64,000 nt of DNA from assembly GCA_964432875.1 (NCBI GenBank), contig CAYSPJ010000002.1, positions 54,473-118,472 of the forward strand. The letters are read 5' to 3'. This document shows positions 57,568 through 64,000 of the stretch, piece after piece. The translations under genes were made by a program, and so were the position numbers. The notes below the pieces were generated by a model. It worked only from the letters and a program-made list of their open reading frames with translations, ran no database searches and had not been told where the DNA came from. Source of the DNA: an uncultured Phaeodactylibacter sp. Lineage in GTDB: Bacteria; Bacteroidota; Bacteroidia; Chitinophagales; Saprospiraceae. The first letter of the stretch is position 1, and every line of letters begins with the position of its first letter.

Positions 57568-58236
57568 TCAGCCCTCCGCAGCAGCCTGAGCCAGCTTTAG
57601 CGCTTCGCTCAGTTGTTGTTCCCGGCTGAGGTGGGAGTTGTCAATGACTATCGCATCTTCAGCCTGACGCAAAGGGCTGTCCTCCCGTGTTGAATCGATA
57701 TGGTCTCTCATGTTCAAATTCTCCTTGACCTCTTCTAGTGTAGCAGCGATCCCCTTGGACTTCAGCTCTTCATAGCGGCGGCGTACCCTTACGCCCAATT
57801 CGGCTGTGAGGAAAATCTTTAACTCGGCATCGGGGAATACCACGGTGCCGATATCCCTGCCATCCATCACTAGCCCTTTTTCCCGGCCCATTTCCTGCTG
57901 CAGGCGTACCAGTGCACGCCGTACGGCTGAAACAGCCGCTACCTGGCTGACAAAGCCCGAGACGGCAGCTTCCCGTATCTCCTGCTCCACGTCCTGTCCA
58001 TTGAGAAGGGTGTGATTGTCTGCAGCAGCAAAGCGGATGACGATATCGCTTAAGGCGGCGGCTAAGGCTTCGCGGTCTTCCAGCTTGATGCCCCGGCGCA
58101 GAAAGTACAGCGTGACTGCCCGATACATAGCGCCCGAGTCAACGTAAGTATAGCGCAGCTTGGCCGCCAAATCTCTGGCCAAAGTGCTTTTCCCACAAGA
58201 GGAATGTCCATCAACAGCAATGGTGATCTTTTTCAA
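57568..58236 (-). CDS. cmk: Cytidylate kinase
   Basis: ITIAVDGHSSCGKSTLARDLA, VDSGAMYRA and GRDIGTVVFP. The track ORF starts at a GTG at 58278. The in-frame TTG at 58236 gives the canonical MKKITIAVDG, so the start is uncertain by 42 nt. Confidence 0.88.
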   Translation of the reverse strand: MKKITIAVDGHSSCGKSTLARDLAAKLRYTYVDSGAMYRAVTLYFLRRGIKLEDREALAAALSDIVIRFAAADNHTLLNGQDVEQEIREAAVSGFVSQVAAVSAVRRALVRLQQEMGREKGLVMDGRDIGTVVFPDAELKIFLTAELGVRVRRRYEELKSKGIAATLEEVKENLNMRDHIDSTREDSPLRQAEDAIVIDNSHLSREQQLSEALKLAQAAAEG

Positions 58237-58284
58237 AAGCGCGACTTTTTCGGGCCAAAAATAGGAATATCCCTGCACTTTGGC

Positions 58285-59799
58285 CTATCCCAGTGCAGAA
58301 AGGATGCGGCCCCACAATTTTTCATAAGGTATGACCTCCAGCTCATCCACATCCCCCCGGTAAAAGAACGGCCGCTGTTGCAGGCTTTTATAATATTTTT
58401 CAGTATTGGATAGCTCTTCCTTTTTAAAACCAGCTTTGGATATCTGCTGCAATAAGCGGATAAACTGGACGGTGCGGTAGTAGCTATCCTTACGCAGTTG
58501 ATTGTTGGCATACTTTTTTAAGCGTTCAATCCGCTCAGCCAGCCCGCTAAGCGATTTGGATTCCAGCAGCAACAAGATCTGCAGCGAAAGCAGCAAGACC
58601 AGGAAGGTGCGATAGCCCTTGGAATGAGGCAGCGGGCTGTTAATCAGATTACTTGACTGAGCATTTTTCTTCGCTTGCATCTGCAATACCGGGTTCTTCT
58701 TCCCCTCGCTATAAATGAGGTAGTCGCAATAGGCTTCAAATAATCTCCATTTCTCCTGGGCCACATCCTCAAGCTTCGAAAACATCGGTTGCTCTTTGAC
58801 TTGGTTGAAGATGGCCAAGGCATGCACGTAATTACCAGTGTGCATCGCCAAAAGCAAATAGTACTCCATGAAAATAAACCAATGCGAGCTGCCTATGGTA
58901 ATCAAGGGAAGAGCGCGTTCAGCATTCATTCGCCCTTCCCGGTAATTTTCCAGGTGGATATAAGCACTCATCTTCTTGATTTGAAAAAACGCCATCTTTT
59001 GCTCATGCTCCCCTGATGGGTTCTGCTGGAGATATTGCTCACCCCGTTCACAGACTTCCAACACCCCGTTAAAGTCCTGCAACATCTCGTATTTGAATAT
59101 CCAGGCCATATACATGTTGTTGTAAAGTATGGGTGAGTCGTGTTGTTCGGACAAGGTAAGCAAAGCATCACAACTAGCATCCACCTGGCTGGCAACATCC
59201 TCATTGCCAAGGTAATCACCGGAGGAATAGCGCATATACACGCGCTGCCGCAATGCTTCAGAATGAAGCTCGGCTTGCAGCACCTCCGAGTATTCAAGGA
59301 TGTAGCGATGATAGGTTTCATAACCGCTCGCGTCATTTTCCTCCGCACAATAATCCCGTAACATACGGGAGCTATTGACGATAAAATCCGCAAAGCGGAA
59401 TTTTAGCGCAATCGACAGTACCTGGCGAGCGAGTTGAACTGCTGCATGAGGGGCGCCATACCAAAGCATAGCCCTGACGATCGCCCATTCTTTATTGCAC
59501 GAGTAATAAGCCCGGTCGTAAGTGGATGTCGAAGGTTGGTTCATGTCCAGGAAGAACAAGGTATTCAGCAGGCGCTTGCGGAACCTGGATTTTAACTGGC
59601 GGTATTTAGGGTCGGAAGGAGGACAGCCATAGAAAAAGGCAGCGGCATCGCGGTCTTCTTTAAATTTGTTGGTCAGCAACGACTGGTAGAATTGATTGAA
59701 CTTGCTGTCTTTATTCCTGAACGTTCGCTCGTCAAATACTTCAATCTTGCTGACTTTATTCCTGGTTATAATCCGGGCTATCTCTATTAGGTTTCTCAT
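58285..59799 (-). CDS. Hypothetical all-alpha (TPR-like) protein
   Basis: A 504-aa uninterrupted ORF with normal composition and a helical-repeat character. It ends 6-48 nt before cmk on the same strand. No family recognised. Confidence 0.6.
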   Translation of the reverse strand: MRNLIEIARIITRNKVSKIEVFDERTFRNKDSKFNQFYQSLLTNKFKEDRDAAAFFYGCPPSDPKYRQLKSRFRKRLLNTLFFLDMNQPSTSTYDRAYYSCNKEWAIVRAMLWYGAPHAAVQLARQVLSIALKFRFADFIVNSSRMLRDYCAEENDASGYETYHRYILEYSEVLQAELHSEALRQRVYMRYSSGDYLGNEDVASQVDASCDALLTLSEQHDSPILYNNMYMAWIFKYEMLQDFNGVLEVCERGEQYLQQNPSGEHEQKMAFFQIKKMSAYIHLENYREGRMNAERALPLITIGSSHWFIFMEYYLLLAMHTGNYVHALAIFNQVKEQPMFSKLEDVAQEKWRLFEAYCDYLIYSEGKKNPVLQMQAKKNAQSSNLINSPLPHSKGYRTFLVLLLSLQILLLLESKSLSGLAERIERLKKYANNQLRKDSYYRTVQFIRLLQQISKAGFKKEELSNTEKYYKSLQQRPFFYRGDVDELEVIPYEKLWGRILSALG

Positions 59800-59910
59800 C
59801 TAATCGTCATGCTTTAGATAATGCACTCGCTGATCGGCATGAAGTTAGTCTATTCTTTGCGCTTTCAAAAACAAATGCCCCGATTTATTTGCTACCGGAG
59901 TAAAGGAGGC

Positions 59911-59952
59911 AAAAAATGAGGTTCACAGCGCTCCTCACGCCATGAACCTCAT
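59911..59952 (-). terminator. Intrinsic terminator on the minus strand, about 200 nt downstream of the DUF2795 gene
   Basis: The perfect 10-bp stem ATGAGGTTCA (59916-59925) pairs with TGAACCTCAT (59943-59952). Read on the minus strand, it is followed by TTTTT (59915-59911). Confidence 0.6.
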
Positions 59953-60155
59953 AAGGGTTTGTGCCCATTCAGGAGTCTACTTCCAAAAGCCTACTCCAAG
60001 GGCAGCTTATCGGCCACCATTGAATGAAAAGCTTGATGCTTTGACGATTTGTGTACGCTACACCAGTGCGGCGCCAGCAGGCAAATGCCCCCTGGTAGTC
60101 GCATGGTTGCCATTAGGCTCCCAGTGCCCACACAAACGTTCCAGGAGGAAAGGGC

Positions 60156-60377
60156 TTAGTACTCGTCTTCGTTAAAGAGGAAATCATCTTTGCGGGGATA
60201 CTCTGGCCAGATATCCTCAATGCTTTCGTAAATTTCTCCCTCATCTTCCATCTCCTGGAGGTTTTCAATGACTTCCAGCGGAGCACCCGAGCGGATAGCG
60301 TAATCAATCAGCTCATCGCGGGTGGCAGGCCAGGGCGCGTCTTCCAGGTGATAAGCAAGTTCTAAGGTCCAATACAT
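60156..60377 (-). CDS. DUF2795 domain protein
   Basis: 73 aa. HLEDAPWPATRDELIDYAIRSGAPLEVIENL matches the DUF2795 pattern. Confidence 0.75.
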   Translation of the reverse strand: MYWTLELAYHLEDAPWPATRDELIDYAIRSGAPLEVIENLQEMEDEGEIYESIEDIWPEYPRKDDFLFNEDEY

Positions 60378-60592
60378 ACACTTGTCTTTGAATAGTTATT
60401 TCTCTGTAATGATATGTCGCCAGAAAAAGTTGTCTCCACCAGCTGCTAACTGTACGGCAAATTTTCGGCAAATGAAAAAAAACATCTTTGATTATCCAAG
60501 CAATTGTCTTTATAAATTTTCAAGGCTTTCATTTCAACGTGCTCCACCGCGCTAAAGCCATGCAATTTATTTTATAGACGATTAAACATGAA

Positions 60593-61762
60593 TTACTTAT
60601 AATGCTTTATAATTTCAAATGAGTCCTGCTCATAACCCTCCGGCGCTCTGCCTATCACGGAGGATTCAGCTGGGCCCGTGGGGTCGCAGATATAATAAGC
60701 CTTGCCCTGGTAGCGGACGAAGCCTTCTTTAATCTGTGGTAACGCCACTGCTACGCTCAAATGCCCCGGATAAGCCAACACGATCATCGGCAAGCCCAGC
60801 AGTTTATCGACCAAACGGATGAAGAGGGCACAGCGGTCTTCGCAATCAGAAAAAGGGTACAATAAGACCTCCTCTGCCACCATCGGTTTGTTGTAACCGA
60901 AATAGGACTTGTCTTCTTGGTAGGCAAAAGCCGAACGCGTGAAAGCAGTGAGTAGTTCCACCGATTCCCACTCATTTTTACCTTCCAGCATCTTGCGCAA
61001 CTGCGGCAGGAGGCTTTCGGCCAGGGTTGTGGATAAAGGGACATCGAGATAAGCGCCTTCGTCCATTAAGGGATAGCCTGCCATGTATTGCTTGACCTGG
61101 GTATCCGTTTGGATGTTGAGCACGTATATTTTTCCGTGGAGGGTAAAGCGCAGCTGCTTCTCCTGGGGTTTCGGCCGGAGCAAAGGCAGTTTATCCAACT
61201 TGAACGAAAAAGCTTGCCCGTTGGCGTTGGGCTTGAACTCTAATAGATAAAGGGCCCGCTGAGGGTTGCCGCCGCCACGTATGTCAGTCAGATTAACAAA
61301 GGAGCGGCCTTGGTCTTTAATAATCGGCGCTTCGAATATCGCATCCTGAGTATAGACAAAGACAAAGACGTCTTCTCCCAGATAGGCCAGGCGGGTATCA
61401 AAACCAGACTGAGACAAGAGGAACCAAGCAGCCAGCTCTGCCTCCGCCTGCTGCGCATACAGTTCGCTCAGCGTTTTCTTCATCAGTTGATAATACAACC
61501 AATCATTGAGCTGGAGAGCCTTGCGGGCTTGTTGCAAGCTGCGCAGCACGGCGGCATAACCTGAATTGGACAGGGCGGAAAAGTGGCGTGTCAAGCCTTT
61601 ATCATCAATCGTCGGTTTAGGCAGGCGGAGCATTTCTGGTTCATAGCTGATCTGGATATTTTCAGCATAAAAAGCAACCGACAGCTCCTGATAGGCCTGC
61701 GCCGGAGCAAGCCGCACGAAATAACAAAGGATAGCAAAGGCAATCACGATCGAGCGGGGCAT
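60593..61762 (-). CDS. Secreted protein with transglutaminase-like cysteine-protease core
   Basis: Signal peptide MPRSIVIAFAILCYFVRLAPAQA. The C-terminal FSDCEDRCALFIRLVDKLLGLPMIVLAYPGHLSVAV...YYICDPTG fits the Cys-His-Asp transglutaminase-core order. Confidence 0.55.
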   Translation of the reverse strand: MPRSIVIAFAILCYFVRLAPAQAYQELSVAFYAENIQISYEPEMLRLPKPTIDDKGLTRHFSALSNSGYAAVLRSLQQARKALQLNDWLYYQLMKKTLSELYAQQAEAELAAWFLLSQSGFDTRLAYLGEDVFVFVYTQDAIFEAPIIKDQGRSFVNLTDIRGGGNPQRALYLLEFKPNANGQAFSFKLDKLPLLRPKPQEKQLRFTLHGKIYVLNIQTDTQVKQYMAGYPLMDEGAYLDVPLSTTLAESLLPQLRKMLEGKNEWESVELLTAFTRSAFAYQEDKSYFGYNKPMVAEEVLLYPFSDCEDRCALFIRLVDKLLGLPMIVLAYPGHLSVAVALPQIKEGFVRYQGKAYYICDPTGPAESSVIGRAPEGYEQDSFEIIKHYK

Positions 61763-61829
61763 AAGTAGGTGCTATATATTTAAATAAATTGAAGGGTGCC
61801 TGCACAGCTATAGCAGAAAGAGCCCCTGC

Positions 61830-62894
61830 TCAAATGATCAACATCGCATCGCCGTAGCTAAAGAACTTGTACTCCTCTTTAATCGCTTGCTGATAGGCTT
61901 CCATGATAAGGTCATACCCTCCAAAAGCACAAGCCATGATCAACAAGCTGGATTTGGGGAGATGGAAGTTGGTGATCATGGCATTGGCAATCGTGAAGTT
62001 GAAGGGCGGGAAGATGAACAAATTCGTCCAGCCTTCAGCTGGCTTCAGCAAGCCCTCCGCCGAGACCGCTGATTCGATCGAGCGCATCGAGGTAGTGCCC
62101 ACGGCACAGATGCGATGGCCGCCTTCTTTGGAACGGTTTACGATATCAACCGATTTCTGAGTGATGCGGAAGAACTCGGCATCCATCTTATGTTTCGACA
62201 AGTCTTCCACTTCGATGCTGCGGAAAGTACCCAGCCCGATGTGTAGCGTCAATTCTGCAAATTCGACCCCTTTTACTTCGAGCCTTTTGAGCAGTTCCCG
62301 GCTAAAGTGCAGGCCAGCGGTAGGGGCAGCGACGGCGCCTACTTCCTTTGCGAAAATGGTCTGGTAGCGTTCTTTATCAATCTCTTCCGCCGGGCGGGTA
62401 ATGTATTTGGGCAGGGGCGTATTGCCCAGGAAGTTCAGGTCTTTTTGGAATTCCTCATCCGTGCCGTCATAAAGGAAGCGGATGGTGCGGCCGCGAGAAG
62501 TCGTATTGTCGACTACTTCAGCAACCAGGATGTCATTATCATGCTCGTCACAAAAATACAACTTATTGCCGACCCTTATTTTCCGGGCGGGGTCAACCAG
62601 CACATCCCACAGGCGGGCGTCGCTATTGAGCTCGCGCAGCAGGAAAACCTCTATATCCGCACCGGTTTTTTCCTTCTTGCCGTACAGGCGCGCCGGAAAC
62701 ACTTTGGTATTGTTGAATATCATGATGTCCCCTTCATCAAAATATCCCAGCACATCCTTGAAAATGCGGTGTTCAATCTTGCCGCTATCCCGGTGTATAA
62801 CCATCAGCCGGGAGTCATCCCGGTTGGCTGCAGGGTATTGGGCGATTAGGTTTTTGGGTAATTCAAAGTCGAATTGTGACAGTTTAGTCCTCAT
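61830..62894 (-). CDS. queA: S-adenosylmethionine:tRNA ribosyltransferase-isomerase
   Basis: [21 protein letters not shown]...[31 protein letters not shown] and [13 protein letters not shown] at 62894. Confidence 0.92.
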   Translation of the reverse strand: MRTKLSQFDFELPKNLIAQYPAANRDDSRLMVIHRDSGKIEHRIFKDVLGYFDEGDIMIFNNTKVFPARLYGKKEKTGADIEVFLLRELNSDARLWDVLVDPARKIRVGNKLYFCDEHDNDILVAEVVDNTTSRGRTIRFLYDGTDEEFQKDLNFLGNTPLPKYITRPAEEIDKERYQTIFAKEVGAVAAPTAGLHFSRELLKRLEVKGVEFAELTLHIGLGTFRSIEVEDLSKHKMDAEFFRITQKSVDIVNRSKEGGHRICAVGTTSMRSIESAVSAEGLLKPAEGWTNLFIFPPFNFTIANAMITNFHLPKSSLLIMACAFGGYDLIMEAYQQAIKEEYKFFSYGDAMLII

Positions 62895-62954
62895 TGTCTT
62901 ATGCTTTTTCGGATATCGGAGCGCAAAGGTACGCAAATCCGCCTGATTGCTATA

Positions 62955-63536
62955 CTATTTATTTTTGAACTTTTCTTTTATCTCATCCGGGATAATCGCC
63001 CCGATCAAGGCTTGATTAGCCGAATCGCTTTCGATGAATGCCCAGGCCTGGCTGCCTTCATCACTGATGGCGAACATCGCCTTTTCAGCGCGTATCTCAA
63101 AGCTGTTGTCTTCCGGTTGATAACGCACGTTCTCCGCTCCATAATGCTGTTCAAAATTTGCCTGGAGCATGGCCTGCACCTCTGGGTCGCGGTCTGCCTG
63201 GGAGGTAAAGCGGATATTCATCACCGCCACATAGTCCACCAGGGCAAAGCGCTCGCCTTGATGGCTGGCTATCTCAGAAATCGCCCGAATTTCAAACTGG
63301 CCCATCTGAAACTCCATGCCGTTGCCCTCCATGTCCTGAAACATCTGCACCATCTCGCTCTTATCCACCAGGGTAAAGAGCTTAGGGTAAACCATGTCAA
63401 CCACTTTTTGCCAATCTTTTGCCTTAGTCGCTTCGAAGTATTCACTGAGCCGCCCGGTAATCGCTTGGTTGTCCTGCGCACTCAATACGGGCTGGCAGCA
63501 TGCTAGTAAAAGGAGGAAAGAGGCTAGTTTTTTCAT
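62955..63536 (-). CDS. Hypothetical secreted protein
   Basis: Signal peptide MKKLASFLLLLACCQPVLSAQ. No family recognised. Confidence 0.45.
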   Translation of the reverse strand: MKKLASFLLLLACCQPVLSAQDNQAITGRLSEYFEATKAKDWQKVVDMVYPKLFTLVDKSEMVQMFQDMEGNGMEFQMGQFEIRAISEIASHQGERFALVDYVAVMNIRFTSQADRDPEVQAMLQANFEQHYGAENVRYQPEDNSFEIRAEKAMFAISDEGSQAWAFIESDSANQALIGAIIPDEIKEKFKNK

Positions 63537-63551
63537 CCGTCAATGTCATTT

Positions 63552-64000
63552 TTAAAGCGTTTTGAGATATTCGATAACCGCCTGGCGTTCTTGGCGGCTT
63601 AGCATATCGCCAAAATAATGGCCTTTATTGCTGTAGCCCGGCAAGGTGGCATCATAAACCCATTTTCCTTTGGCGTTTTTTTCTACGCTGTATTTCCAAC
63701 CCACTGCCTGGTAGTCATATTCTTCACCCCGCCCGCTGCGGCCCCAATAAAGCGGGCGCTGCGAGCTATCCAGCAAGCTCTCCAGGGTTGGCACCGAGCC
63801 ATTGTGGAGATAAGGAGCTGTAGCCCATACGCCATCGAGCGGCGGCGCGACATACCCCAGTTCCGGCTCAAAATACGAGCGCGGTTCGGATTGCGAAAAC
63901 CAACTGTTGTTGTACCACGCTACTATACCCGAGTTGTAGGCGTAGTTGGCATACAAAGGATCTGTTTTAATAACATCTAAAGCGATGAGTTTGTTAGGGT
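63552..64000 (-). CDS. Cytochrome-c-peroxidase/MauG-like family protein, C-terminal part (ORF continues past the right edge)
   Basis: I checked that the frame stays open from 63956 to 64000. APYLHNGSVPTLESLL is the conserved segment of di-haem peroxidase-like proteins. No CxxCH motif lies within the visible part. Confidence 0.5.
   Translation of the reverse strand, partial: PNKLIALDVIKTDPLYANYAYNSGIVAWYNNSWFSQSEPRSYFEPELGYVAPPLDGVWATAPYLHNGSVPTLESLLDSSQRPLYWGRSGRGEEYDYQAVGWKYSVEKNAKGKWVYDATLPGYSNKGHYFGDMLSRQERQAVIEYLKTL

Noticed and set aside
57568-59799. The 504-aa all-alpha protein directly upstream of cmk as a novel system component.
   Set aside because: There is only positional evidence (same strand, 6-48 nt spacer). 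It has no catalytic or binding motif, and it is a single gene next to a housekeeping gene. That is not enough to propose a function.
59942-60175. A 77-aa plus-strand ORF between the 504-aa gene and the DUF2795 gene.
   Set aside because: Its Arg/Pro/Ala-rich composition is typical of out-of-frame or non-coding sequence. It overlaps the DUF2795 3' end in antisense and has no upstream promoter-like box.
1-64000. A search for CRISPR arrays, tRNA/rRNA genes, transposases, integrases, prophage genes or long direct/inverted repeats marking an island.
   Set aside because: I saw no spaced direct repeats, no tRNA T-arm signatures (GGTTCGAAT-type) in the intergenic regions, and no recombinase-like translations in the ORF track. 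This was an eye scan only, so tRNAscan-SE, cmscan and a self-dot-plot would be needed to exclude them formally.

Overview
This is a 64-kb chromosomal segment that looks like Bacteroidota. Supporting signs are a SusC/SusD pair, a T9SS C-terminal sorting domain, a DUF1573-yajC-YbbR block, a short about 290-aa RpoD, and TAnnTTTG-type -7 boxes; the family cannot be determined from the sequence alone. About 50 genes are packed on both strands.

Most are housekeeping genes: rocD, pncA, trxB, class II fba, dnaG, yajC, aroK, folE, lpd, fmt, ggt, rpoD, cmk and queA. I saw no rRNA, tRNA, CRISPR array, transposase or integrase by eye, so this is not an obvious mobile island.

The most unusual content is as follows:
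- A 1082-aa Clp/Hsp100-type double-AAA+ protein (26848-30096). Its first ring has lost the Walker B acids, its second ring is intact with an IGW tripeptide at the ClpA IGL-loop position, and its last 300 residues read colinearly like release-factor RF2 domains 1 and 2 without the SPF or GGQ motifs. It overlaps by ATGA with a secreted S8 protease, which is followed by SusC/SusD.
- A stand-alone 1242-aa DUF4011-like SF1 helicase. About 570 residues separate Walker A from Walker B, motif III looks degenerate, and the tail resembles a restriction endonuclease.
- A C39-peptidase ABC exporter plus HlyD partner with no visible double-glycine precursor gene. It sits next to a GT2-fold gene whose catalytic aspartates are replaced.
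- Smaller oddities: a LOV-like PAS-AraC regulator lacking the photoactive Cys, a 7-nt tandem repeat across the pncA stop codon, a C10 tract upstream of a PAP2/haloperoxidase-like lipoprotein gene, and two strong intrinsic terminators with no gene immediately upstream (possible sRNAs or long UTRs).

All functional calls rest on motifs I recognised in the supplied translations. No database search or folding computation was run, and start codons I moved from the ORF track are inferences.
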